Part shown: positions 12,870 to 25,314 of the stretch, piece by piece
Position numbering within the stretch: the first letter of the stretch is position 1
Layout of the letters: each line of letters begins with the position of its first letter
NCBI GenBank assembly: GCA_951406725.2
Contig: OX597825.1
Location: 75,020,001-75,084,000, forward strand
Source: Octopus vulgaris
Lineage: Eukaryota
Length of the DNA stretch: 64,000 bases
Direction: 5' to 3'
Program-made: the position numbers and the translations under genes
The notes under the pieces: model-generated
What the model was told of the DNA's origin: nothing
The model's input: only the letters and a program-made list of their open reading frames with translations
Database searches by the model: none

Positions 12870-14189
12870 TGCCAGCTATCTTCAAGCAGTCATTTGGGCT
12901 CAGTGCAGATTTTTGGCAGATTTATATAACATACCAAATTATTATATCTCTACTACATGAAACTATTATTAGCTCTTTTTTAAATTGTGTATATTAAATG
13001 ATATGTAGTTCAGAAACATAACTTCTTGAGCTACAAGTGAACTTCTGTCCTTTAGATAACCTTTTTCTTCTGTAAATGTAGGCCACTTGGGTATGTAGAC
13101 CACAATAATGTGTGAATAGCCAGGTCACTTTGCTTCATGTTTTATCCAGTTGTCTGAAACAACAGTAATCTTGTTATGGGTATCATTATGAACACTTGGC
13201 TTATCTCCTAGATAATTCAGACTGAAAAATAGGTTCATAATTTCAAGGAATACCATTTTCAAGAGTTAATCTGTGTTTGAATTGTTAATAAGGTTCTCTC
13301 ACATTGAAGCAATTACTCCAGACATACGTTTTATGCTGCAAATGATTTTGTCTATTACTGCAAGTACTGCATCAACTAGTGTTTTTGAAATTAGCCTATC
13401 AAGGCATACCTTTAACCAGACTGGTTCAACAGTTACAGTTTAAAATGTAGCTAAGAGAGGGCACATACATGAAAAACGAAATATCTTTTGATTTATGTAA
13501 TATAATCAGATGCTGTTAGTTGTTGGATCCATCTCAGCATTCTCAAAGATATAACCTTTGGAAGTTCTTTGGATTAAATATAAATTTAAGATTGGATCTA
13601 AACTGGAATTTTCTACTAAGTAAAATACGATGAGTACAGTTTGTGGCTCACACAATTGCTAAAGCCTTATTTGAATAATTTTATTCAGTAGTAGCTAACT
13701 TCTTCAATAAATATAGCATTCAGTGGTTATTTTGCGATAAAATTCCTGACGTAAACATGTTATTTCAGTCTTTGACAAAAATATTGGAAAAACTTGCATA
13801 TTACATCAAACATTTAAAGCTACAAATTGTTCTGATTTGAATATCATGGTTTGCTGATCACACACCATGTATTTCTGCATTTCTATATTTGTTTTAACTG
13901 TTTTCTTTATTTGTTAGAATTTTTTTTTTCCTACTGACTAGCATAATTTGTTAACAAGATGTCTTTGTTGGCATGAAATATACTCATAACAGGATTCTTA
14001 ACCAGAGCGTAGTTTAAATTATTGAATGGACTCTGTTGAACATTTATTCATCCAACTAACTTCAACATTTTTCTTATGCAGATTCACACATACATGGTTC
14101 TCTTATTTCACAATATTTTGGCAAAATAAACATCCAGAAATTTACCAACCCTAAAAAGGATTCTAATTTTTTCTTAGGTGAAGAAACAT

Positions 14190-14336
14190 GTAATATTCAC
14201 TGGCATACAAGTCAACTTAGTATATAGTGTAAACATTCAAATATTGTCACTATCTTTCCAAGTCCTGCTACATTTTACATGGAATTGTTGGTCCCCCAAA
14301 TTAGCTTGGTGTATAAGTTGACTTACCATTTTTGTT

Positions 14337-14393
<57 letters not shown>

Positions 14394-14430
14394 TTTGAAA
14401 AATTCTACTTGTCTGTTGGAAAATACAGTG
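14190..14430. mobile_element. Tc2/pogo-like MITE with an internal (TA)n expansion
   Basis: Imperfect TIRs tattcactggcatacaagtc and tacttgtctgttggaaaatacagt; body matches the 11840 copy. Confidence 0.6.
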
Positions 14431-15236
14431 ACATTTTCTGGACCTAATGTCAATGTGGAGAAGCCCTTTCTTCTGAAGTGTAATTTTCCAAAAATGATAA
14501 CTTGTTACTAGTAATGGTACATTTCTCAGATTTGATAGTTATTTTTGCATTTCTCAGGTGATCCAAATGTAAATTTGGTCTTCAGGTCCTATTCCCTCTT
14601 GGTATTTGCACACAAACATATACATCCTGATAAATTCTTTTATTTTCATATCAACCCCAAAGGCCTTTTCTATTGCTCATTAAAAAATGGCTCTTCTTTT
14701 TTTTTATACCCTGTTACATTTGTATTCATCTCAACAGAGGTGTTAATGGTAGTGATCTCTTTGAAGTCATTATCTATTTGAATTTAGTGATAACCACCTT
14801 TTAGATTAAATTTTGTTAAAAGCAAAAAGCAAAACTCCATCTCAAATTATGAGTAAAAGACAGATTCAATATTAGGAGTTGAATAAGAGTTTAAAAAATC
14901 TTGTGACTAAAGCCTATCTTGTATAAAAACCAGATGGTGGTTTGAATAACCACAACTAAAAAAGCAGACACACGCTATCGTCAGGTGTGTTGTGTTCTGA
15001 AATACTTTGTCCAGTCATTTTTGTAATTTCCCCAACTTATATTTTCATGTTCACTTTTCCATGCTTGCATGGCCTGGATGGAGTTTATTGAAGTAAATAT
15101 TCTGTGGCTGGATTCCATTTGTCACCAATCCTCACAGAACCAGACATGTTTTTGGTGAATATTGGAAATTAATGATGCTATGATTATGGTGCTGACAATC
15201 ACTACAGCTACCATGTGATGTCAAGGCAAAGAAATA

Positions 15237-15297
15237 CGCACACACACACACACACACACACAAGCACATGCACACACACATGCACACACACACACGT

Positions 15298-15333
<36 letters not shown>

Positions 15334-15414
15334 ACACACACACGTGCACACACACACACACGTGCACACACACACGTGCACACACACACGTGCACACACA
15401 CACACACACACACA
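15237..15414. repeat. (CA)n microsatellite punctuated by CACGTG/CATG
   Basis: Directly visible. Confidence 0.95.
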
Positions 15415-15847
15415 TCTTGAAAAAGAAATATTTTTAAAGTATTGGATGTGGAGTTTATTTTTTGTACAATTCTTCTTCTCTGTTAATTAATTACTCCTCA
15501 ATTTCAGCAATTTATAATAATTTCTCAGTTCTATTACACATGAAAGACTGAAAAAAATATGGACTAACACAAATTAATTGTGGCTCATGTGGCCATGTAA
15601 CCTTTTTGTCATCGTAGACAGTGTTGTTGTTGTTATTACTGCTATTGTTGTTGCTGAATGAAGCATTGATTTGCAACAGGTTTGCTGCAGTTGATTGATT
15701 AGTAAGAAGGTGTCCTCAAACCTCCTTGTTTGTAAACTTAGTCAGGCCTTTCCATTAACATACAATATCCAATTCTTTGTCCTATGTCATTGATTTTCAG
15801 CCTTTGTTGCAGCTGTTGTTATTGCTACTGCTGCTGCTATTATTATC

Positions 15848-17101
15848 AAGGCAGTGAGCTGGCAGAATCATTAGCATGCTGGACAAAATGCATAGACATA
15901 TTTCATGCCTTTATGTTCCGAGTTCAAATTCTGCTGAGGTCAACTTTGCTTTTAACTCTTTCATTACCGTATTTATTTTGAGATGCTGTGTTTTTTTTCA
16001 GTTATTTTAAATATAACAAAGAATTTAGTGAAATAACTTAGTTATCATCAAGCTAGCATTAGGAACATAAACTATGACTAAGGTTTGGTGGAAGATTTTA
16101 ATTCAAAACTTATGAAAACAAGACATTTGTACTACAGAGCCAGAGGCGATTTTAGCTGGGTTGGTAACAAAAGGGTTAATACATTCGGGGTTGATAAAAT
16201 AAGTACTGGGGCCGATGTAATGAACTTACTCTCTCCTCTGATATTTCAGGCTTTGTGCCTATAGTAGAAATAATTATTATTTATTAAAGCAGTGAGCTGG
16301 GAGAATCATTAGCATTCTGGACCAAATGTTTAGCGGCATTTTATCTGGTTCTTTGTTCTGGGTTCAAATTCAGCTGAGGTCAACTTTGCCTTATATTGTC
16401 TTGTGGTCAATAAAATAAGTCCTCATTTGAGGACTGGGATTGATGTAATTCATTAACCCCCTCCTCCAAAATTTCAGGCCTTTTGTCTATACTAGAAAGG
16501 GTTCTTTTTCTTATTATTTCTTCCAGGGTTGAGAAAATAAGTATTAATATCAATATAATCAACTTGATCCCTTCTCTTTAAAATTACCGAACTTGTGTTA
16601 AAATTTGCAACCATTATTATTATTAAGGTGGTGAGCTGGCTGAATTGTTAGCATGTTGGGTGAAATGCTTAGCAGTATTTCGTCTGTCTTTACGTTCTGA
16701 GTTCAAATCCCAGGGATGTCAACTTTGTCTTTCATCCCTTCAGGGTTGATAAATTAAGTACCAGTGAAACACTGGGGGTCAATGTAATCAACTAGTCCTC
16801 TCCCCTAAAATTTCAGGCCTTGTGCCTTTAGTAGAAAGGATTATTATTATTATTATTATTATTAATTAAGGTGGTGAGCTGACAGAATCGTTAGTGTAGT
16901 GGACAAAATGCTTAGAGGTATTTTGCCTGTTGCTATATTCTGAGTTCAAATTCTGCCGAGGTCTACTTTGCCTTTCATCTTTTTGGGGTTGATAAAATAA
17001 GTACCAGTTGAACGCTGGGGTCAGTGTAACTAACATACCCACCTCCATAAATTTCAGGCCTTGTGCCTTTAGTAGAACGGATTATTATTATTATTATTAT
17101 T
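15848..17101 (+). mobile_element. Head-to-tail array of four family B SINEs with (ATT)n tails
   Basis: Heads near 15850, 16288, 16626 and 16869, each with gtgagctg...gttcaaat...gataaa(a/t)taagt. Confidence 0.9.
15952..16179. mobile_element. piggyBac-like MITE nested in a family B SINE
   Basis: TTAA at 15952-15955 and 16176-16179; TIRs ctctttcattacc and ggtaacaaaaggg. The SINE sequence resumes on the far side. Confidence 0.8.
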
Positions 17102-17573
17102 AGCATGCTTTGTACTGAAGTCGAGTATCAATGTTGCTGTTTATGTTTTATAGGATTGTTTATTATTTGTTACTTTTTCTGTATTTTTCCTTTCTGTAAT
17201 GCTTCATAATTCTAGCCAGTTTCTCCCACCCGTCTCTCCTTTTCTCTCCAATGTTGTTACCTCCACCCAATTGGTCATTATGAAAGCAAGGATATTTGTA
17301 CGTCTGTGTGATACACACATCTGCTCACAAGAAAAATGGATAGAAACATTTAATAGGAAGAGTGAAGTTGGAATGGGGTAGAACGAGTGAGTGCATGTCT
17401 GCATTTTAGTACATGTGTGTGTTTATGTTAAAGTGTAAAAGAAATAAAATGGAAGCATGTGCACACACACACATGCACACTCTTTGCTTTTTATCATTCC
17501 TCTCTCTTCCATATGCTTATATGAAACCATATGTATATATATATATATGTGTGTGTGTTTATAAAATTGTTTT

Positions 17574-17916
17574 GCTTACCAACCACATGGTTCCGGGTTC
17601 AGTCCCACTGTGTGGCACCTTGGGCAAGTGTCTTCTAGTATAGCTTTGGGCCGACCAAAGCCTTGTGAGTGGATTTGGTAGACGGAAACTGAAAGATGCC
17701 CGTTGTATATATGTGTATATATATATATATATATATGTTTGTTTGTGTGTGTGTGTGTTTGTCCCCCCCCCCCCAAACATCGCTTGACAACCGATGCTGG
17801 TGTGTTTACGCCCCCCCGTAACCTAGCGGTTCGGCAAAAGAGACCAATAGAATAAGTACTAGGCTTACAAAGAATAAGTCTTGGGCTTGATTTGCTTGAC
17901 TGAAACAAATAAAAGA
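17574..17916 (+). mobile_element. Family A SINE, 5'-truncated
   Basis: Body matches 12441. Flanked by the near-direct repeat tgtttataaaa(a)ttgtttt near 17556 and 17932. Confidence 0.88.
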
Positions 17917-18414
17917 AAAAATATATACATATGTTTATAAAAATTGTTTTATATATTCATAACTAAATTGCATCAGAAACAACAATTTTAGAAAGTGTGT
18001 GAGTGCTATAAAGTGAAAGTAAAAAATACTTATTGTGTTAAATTGCTTCAAAACACACACACACACACACACATGCATGCACTCACATGCACATGTATGC
18101 ATACATGCTAAATGCAGCTATTTGTTCTCACTCAATGATACAGCTATTATCCTTGCTGCTACTGTTGTTACATTCAGTGTTTCACACCTGACACACATTT
18201 GAAAGGAGCTGACAAACTAGATTGGCTTTATTGCTCGTTCTGTCAACTTGCATTAGTGGATACCATATCTAATGGACATGCCACATATCCCATTAATTAG
18301 AGGAATTTCAATGAAATTGTTCCATCATTATGTCTTTCAAAACTACTAAAACACGGAGCAACTGCTCTTTATAGGAATACTGTGTCCACCGAGAATTGAC
18401 ACTCTCATTTATCT

Positions 18415-19059
18415 TTAACCCTTTTGATATTAACCCATCTGTGATTGTCTCCAGTTCTATGATATAATTTTGTGTTAAAGTGGTGTAAATTAAAATCTTC
18501 CATCAAAATTGCATGCTTGTTTATATTCCAAATGCCCAGGTTAATGACAACAAAGTTATTTCACTAAATTGTTCATTAATTTCAAATTTAATTGTAACAA
18601 AGTTTGTGTAGTTCAACAGAAATATGGTAACAAAAAAGTTAGTAATTTAAATTAAAATGTTCCATCAAAGTTTTATGTTTATTTATTATCCAAACACCAG
18701 ATTAATGACAGTTATTTCACTAAGTTCTTCATTATTTTCAAACTTTATGGGACCTTAGGTGATTTACTGTGCTTGTGAAGACTCATCAAGCCAAGTGAAA
18801 TTGTTGTCGTGGCCGGTGCTGGTGACACATAAAAGGCACCCATGTCAGTCACATGTAATAGGCACCTACTACACTCTGGCATTAGGAAGAGCATCCAGCT
18901 GTTGAAACCATGCCAAATCAGGCTGGAACCTGGTACAGTTCTCTGGCTTGCTGGTTCCACTCAAACCATGTAACCCATGCAAGCATGGGAAGTGGATGCT
19001 AAATGATCATCAAACGAAGTCAGCATATTTCAACAGAAATTTGGTGATGAAAGAGTTAA
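18415..19059. mobile_element. piggyBac-like MITE plus a partial second copy split by a family C element (18745-19010)
   Basis: Runs from ttaaccctttt at 18415 to ggtaacaaaaaagtt near 18640; the internal segment is repeated at 18645-18744 and resumes at 19011-19059, ending gagttaa. Confidence 0.65.
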
Positions 19060-19199
19060 AGTGCAAGCAACATCAACAACAACAACTATTTGAGGTTCTG
19101 ATCTATAGTCATATGCTTGAAGAAGCCATAGAGGCTGTAGCATCAATCAGTTGATTACATCAGTCATTCCTAATAGTTGACAACTATTGTATTGATGAT

Positions 19200-19438
19200 G
19201 TTGTTTGCTCTTTCTTGAGCCACACCTGGCTCATTAGGGCCGGTTTCCCGGTTTCCTTGGCATATAGGTTCCCCACCTGGACAGGATGCTGGTCCGTCGC
19301 AGGTGAGCTGCACGATGCAGGAGGAAAGAGTGAGAGAAAGTTGTGGCGAAATAGTCAGCAGAAGTTCGCCATTATTTTCTGCCGGAGCTGCGTAGGGCTT
19401 AGGTGTTTCGCTCATAAACACACACACCGCCTGGTCTG
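19200..19438 (-). mobile_element. tRNA-Arg-type SINE variant (5'-truncated) with a V-domain-like tail
   Basis: The reverse complement contains gcgacggaccagcatcctgtccaggtgggg...ggaaaccggccctaatgagcc (shared with 52318). The upstream body resembles 27468. Confidence 0.75.
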
Positions 19439-20165
19439 ACTTTCATCCTTTCAGGGTTGATGAAGTAAGTACCAGTTGATCAATGACCTCAACGTAATCG
19501 ACATACCCATTCCCTTAAAATTTGCTGGCCTTATGCCAAAATTTGTAATCATTGTTAGAATTATTGGAATGGTAGATTGACAGGATCATTTGAATATCAG
19601 ACAGAATAACAGCTTGCTTATATTATGCTCTGTATTCAAATCCTATTAAACTCAAATTTACCATTCATCCCTCCAGGGTTAATAAAATAAAGTACCATTT
19701 AAGTACGGGAATCAGTATAATCAACTAGCTTTATTGCCTGAAATTTCAAGTCTTCTGCCTAAATTTGAAAGAATTTTTCTTGATATCTGTGTGGAAAGGA
19801 GACAGGTTTGTTTCAATTTGTGCATGTATGTATACCTACAAACAGATACATATACATACATACATTTACATATGTATATATAAACATTGTGTGTGTATAC
19901 ATGTATAATATAGTAGTGTCTAGTCTGAAGGCTTATGCAACAAGTCCAAACTTGTATCTTCTATATTTGTTGCCAACTTTTCATTAGTATACTTTTAATG
20001 TATGCCATTAGTACATTATCTCAAGTGCACCATTAGTTCATCTTTAGAACTGCTGTTTGCTTAAATTCATTTTTTACTTCAACAAATTGATACTTTTTTT
20101 TTGTTACTTTTTATTTGAAATTGTTCTTACACATGCCTACACATGCATAAAAAATAGCTTTATCA

Positions 20166-20482
20166 TCATTATCACTGTCATTCGTTATCACTGTCATTCG
20201 TTATCACTGTCATTCGTTATCACCGTCATTCGTTATCACCGTCATTCGTTATCACCGTCATTCGTTATCACCGTCATTCGTTATCACCGTCATTTGTTAT
20301 CACCGTCATTTGTTATCACCGTCATTCGTTATCACCGTCATCGTTATCACCGTCAATCGTTATCACCGTCAATCGTTATCACGGTCATCGTTATCACCGT
20401 CAATCGTTATCACCGTCAATCGTTATCACCGTCATTCGTTATCACCGTCATTCGTTATCACCGTCATTCGTTATCACCGTTA
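20166..20482. repeat. 16-bp minisatellite (CACCGTCATTCGTTAT)n, about 20 units
   Basis: Directly visible; it produces the 16-aa periodic ORFs. Confidence 0.95.
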
Positions 20483-21119
20483 CTATCATAATCATTATCA
20501 TTGTTACTGTTGCCTGCTTACTGTACTTCTTTCTCTGGGCTGATACTGATTTGGTGCCAAAATTAGAGAATCAGCATAACTATGCATATTCCTCTGTATT
20601 CTTGCACGTGTACCTTCACAAAGTCATAGTCATTGCCCATTTGTTCAACAATCTACATGAATTCTTCAGTATTTAGTCTAGTTTTGAGTTCAAAAACTAG
20701 GTGTTGTAAAACACTGCAACACTCTATGATCAAATCCTAGCAAACTGAATATTATAAATCATGGCTGTATTGTTAAGAAGTTTGCTTTGCAACCACTAGG
20801 CTTCAGGTTCAATCTCACAGCATAGCACCTTAGGTAAGGGTCTCCTATATTAGTCTCAATCTGACCAATGTATTGCTGTTGATATTGGCAGGTGGAAAGT
20901 ATATGGAAGCTTGTCATATAAAAATATATACAACGCACAATCATGGCTGTGTGATTGAGAAGTTTGCTTCTCAGCCACCTGGTTTTAGGTTCGGTCTCTC
21001 TGCTTGTTCCTTTTTTTGGCCAGACTAGATTTGACAGATAAAAACTGAAAAAAAGCCAGCCCCTCCACTCTACCTCATGTACCTATCCACACTCTCTCCA
21101 TGCTCCAACATATCTCTTG

Positions 21120-21545
21120 TGCTGGCACCACATAAAAAAGCACCTGTGCTAGTCCCACATACAAGCCATCTGTACTGGTCCCACATAGAAGCCCTCTGTA
21201 CTGGGCCCATAGAAGCATCTGTACTGGGCCCACATAGAAGCCATCTGTACTGGACCCACATAGAAGCCATCTGTACTGGACCCACATAGAAGCCATCTGT
21301 ACTGGACCCACATAGAAGCCATCTGTACTGGTCCCACATAGAAGCCATCTGTACTGGTCCCACATAGAAGCCATCTGTACTGGTCCCACATAGAAGCCAT
21401 CTGTACTGGTCCCACATAGAAGCCATCTGTACTGGTCCCACATAGAAGCCATCTGTACTGGTCCCATATAGAAGCCATCTGTACTGGACCCACATAGAAG
21501 CTATCTGTATTGGTCCCACATAGAAGTCATCCATGCTGGTGCCAT
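21120..21545. repeat. 26-bp minisatellite (CCACATAGAAGCCATCTGTACTGGWC)n, about 16 units, inside a family C element
   Basis: Directly visible; grades into ccatgctggtgccatgtaaaaagcaccc and the family C body at 21545-21670. Confidence 0.93.
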
Positions 21546-21940
21546 GTAAAAAGCACCCAGAACATTCTGTAAAGTGGTTGGCATTAGGAAAGGCATCCAG
21601 CTGTTGGAAACCCTGCTGAAACAGACAATTGGGGCCCGATGTAGCTCTGTACCTTGCCACATCCTGTTGAATCTTTTTTATGTGGTGTTGGTATGGCTGC
21701 TTTCTTATGTGGTATCAGCATGGGTGTCTTTTATGTGATGCCAGCATGGGTGCTTTTTACATGGCACCAGCACGGGTACTTTTTTTTTTAACATGGTGTC
21801 AACATGGGATTCTTCCATGTGGTTCCTACATGGGTGCATTTTTTTACATGACACTGATAGGGGTTCTTTTGTATGTGGCGCCTGCATGGGTACTTTTAAC
21901 ATGGCACCAGCATGAAGATATCAAAGTGGGTACACTATAC

Positions 21941-22159
21941 CAGTGCTTTGCAAACTTTTTGCTGGAGCAGAACCCCAAGGAAACATTCCACTGGCTCGAG
22001 GAACCCCTGTGCAATAATTTAATAGTCTTATGCACACATATCTGCCCAGGAGAATTAAAAATTACTGTCGATTTTAGCATTTTTGTAACTTTTTGCGGAA
22101 CCCCTGGACTGTACTGGCGGAACCCTAAGGTTCCGCAGAACCCTGGTTGAAAACCACTG
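21941..22159 (+). mobile_element. hAT (Charlie/Buster-like) MITE
   Basis: TIRs cagtgctttgcaa and ttgaaaaccactg; perfect 8-bp TSD CACTATAC at 21933-21940 and 22160-22167. Strand is relative only. Confidence 0.93.
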
Positions 22160-22861
22160 CACTATACAAAGCTCTACAGTGGTAGCTGTATAACAGCACA
22201 ATGGTCCCTACGGGGACTCAGCATAATGTACCCTCTCCCCACTACTCTTGCCTTTCACTAATCAATACTATGCCACAACATCTCACTTCCCCTGATTAAT
22301 ATTGATTCTAATCTCCAGCTGACACTCACACCTTATCACCTCCTTAGTCAATACTAACACTGCTTCAGTCTCCCACACCTTGTTAGGTCAATACTAAACC
22401 TACTCCTCGGGCCCACCCTTTCTCCATCATGCAGTAGTCAACATTTAATTTATTCCTATTCTCTTATACCTGCCTGTTCTGTATACATTTCAAACTGCCC
22501 CTACCGGCGTCCCTTCACCACTTCTGCCTCTCCCTTTCACTGGTCAATGATGAATGTACTGCTCTCCTTTGGCTCTCCTTCCCTTCAATATGACCGACCG
22601 ACATGATTCTGGTTAATAAAATCCATCTTTTATCCTGCCACCTCCTTTATCCCCAGTATTTTTGCAGTTAATGCTGATTGAATCACCCCCTTCTCCCTCT
22701 TATTACCTCTCTCTCTCTCTTAATACAACCGTGTAAACTAATTCAACTTCATTGTTTACCATATTACAACTTAGTCACTGCATGCGTGTGGACACATACA
22801 AGAACACACACAGCGCAGCACAATAAATTGATTATAATTATCATTATTTTATATAATGTGT

Positions 22862-22862
22862 T

Positions 22863-22895
<33 letters not shown>

Positions 22896-22972
22896 GTGTA
22901 TATATATATGTGTATATATATATGTGTATATATATATATATATATATGTGTGTATATATATTGTATATATAT

Positions 22973-23031
<59 letters not shown>

Positions 23032-23056
23032 GTATATATATATGTATATATATATG

Positions 23057-23091
<35 letters not shown>

Positions 23092-23825
23092 GTATATATA
23101 TATATGTATATATATATATATGTATATATATATGTATATATATATGTATATATATATATGTATATATATATGTATATATATATATATGTATATATATATA
23201 TGTATATATATATATGTGTATATGTATATATATGTGTATATGTATATATATGTGTATATGTATATATATGTGTATATATATATATGTGTATATGTATATA
23301 TATATATATATGTGTATATGTATATATATATATATGTGTATATGTATATATGTATATATGTGTATATATGTATATATATGTATATGTATATATGTATATA
23401 TATATATATATGTGTATATATATATATATGTGTATATGTATATATGTGTATATATGTATATATGTATATATATGTATATATATGTATATGTATATATATA
23501 TGTATATGTATATATATGTGTATATGTATATATGTATATATGTGTATATGTATATATATATGTATATGTATATATATGTGTATATGTATATATATGTGTA
23601 TATGTATATATATGTATATATGTGTATATGTATATATGTGTATATGTATATATATGTGTATATGTATATATATGTGTATATGTATATAAGTGTATATGTG
23701 TATGTATATATGTGTATGTGTATATATATGTATATATATATATATGTATATGTTGCACCATGTATGTGTGTATATGTTTGTATAACCCACTTCATATGTG
23801 TGTGTATATATATATATATGTATGG
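22862..23825. repeat. ~960-bp (TA)n/(TATG)n microsatellite
   Basis: Directly visible; it is the source of the 277-395 aa spurious ORFs. Confidence 0.98.
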
Positions 23826-25129
23826 GATGTATAAACACATACACCTGATGAAAGTCATTTATTGAAATCACTTTTGAGACGGCCTTTTTTTGCTGACAAC
23901 AACAACAATCAGTTGATGACTTTAAGCAAATAAAGAGTTTGCAACCCATTGATTTTGATAACAATAAGCAGTTGATAAACATTATTAGTGATTATAAGCA
24001 ATTTTACTCTAGATATACTATTTTTCTTCACAGTAACTTTGAAGTCTCTTTCTGGGGTCTGTGGCTCATTCAAACCATCTGATATTTTGTTGAAATCACT
24101 GTCAAGGAAATATCTATGTTCGTCTGTCTGCACGTCTGTCTGCACACAAACAGAGCAAGTTGAGATAAGCTCGGGATCAATGTTATCAGCTTGATCCTTG
24201 ACAGGAAAAGGTAAATGGCCTTACTATGTTCCAGATATTGCCCTTTTTGGGGGATTATGAGAAAAGAGAGGAAGATAGACTAGGAGAAACTGAAAGGAGC
24301 GGAAGAAGAAAAAAAAAAGCAAGAAGTAAAACGGGGGGGGGGGGGAACAATCCTGATGAAAGTAGCTCTGTAGAGTTGGTCTACTTGTTGACCACCGACT
24401 GTGTGTGTACACAAACACACACACACACACATTTCTAATGAAACAATAGTTAAAAGTTAATAAACAGTCAAGTGATTATAGGTTTTATTTCTTAATGATA
24501 TCATTATTAAATGATATAAGTTTAATTTCATTAGCACAATTGTTAATTAAGCATTTTATTCTTAACTACAGATGAATTAACTGATTGAAACCAACTCTAC
24601 CTCTATTGGTACATGTGTGTGCATGTAGCTATGTGCCTGTGTGTGTGTCTGTACATATGGATGGATGTGTGTGTGGAGGGGGGGGTTAAGAATAATTAAC
24701 AGCTTTGTAGCCATTTGTTCATTAGCTAATTGTTTTGTTTTGTTTGTTTGGTGAGGGTATGGGAAGTTATACATGTATTTTCTTTACTTAACAGGAAGGA
24801 AAATTAAAAATAAAACAAGCAGAGAAAGAAACATATTTCCCATCATGCACCTGATGAGTCTTCATTGAGTCATATCTCTTCCTTTTATTTTAGTTAAGTC
24901 CTAGGCGACCCCCCTAACTTTCAAAATCTTTGATTGGAACATCCGTGACACCCCATCTCACTTCAGGCTGTGCATCAAGACTGTTATCCAAATTGAATTC
25001 TTCCATCCATTTTTCTTTTACATTATTTTTATAATTTTAAAGGTGAAGAGGAGTTTGAAGGGTATTTAGCTGCTTGTTCAAGCTGGTCTATCAGTTTCAT
25101 AAAAGCTCCCTTATTGGTTTGGTTTGCCA

Positions 25130-25314
25130 TATTTTCCTGCATATAAGTTGATAAAGTATACAGTATAAACATTCAAACACTACTAGCTTTCTAAAATTCT
25201 ACGTTTTTAGTATTCCAAAGTCATCTTGGTTGTATGAATTGACCTCCCTTTTTTTTTTTTGGGCTATAAATTTTGGTCTGAAAATTTCAAACTTTTGTTT
25301 TGGAAAATACAGTA
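25130..25314. mobile_element. Tc2/pogo-like MITE (diverged)
   Basis: ccaaagtcatcttgg...ggaaaatacagta, matching the 11840 copy. Confidence 0.55.

Noticed and set aside
20057-20543. ORFs with periodic VITVIRYHRH motifs
   Set aside because: They are a product of the 16-bp minisatellite.
21070-21660. Repetitive 196-aa ORF and CRISPR-like periodicity
   Set aside because: A contiguous 26-bp tandem repeat without unique spacers, in eukaryotic context, with no cas genes.
23845-23875. CTGATGA...GAAA hammerhead-like spacing
   Set aside because: No helix II or helix I pairing; likely a chance match.
22678-23982. Long ORFs of 277-395 aa on both strands
   Set aside because: They are translations of a (TA)/(TG) microsatellite that lacks stop codons and are not coding.
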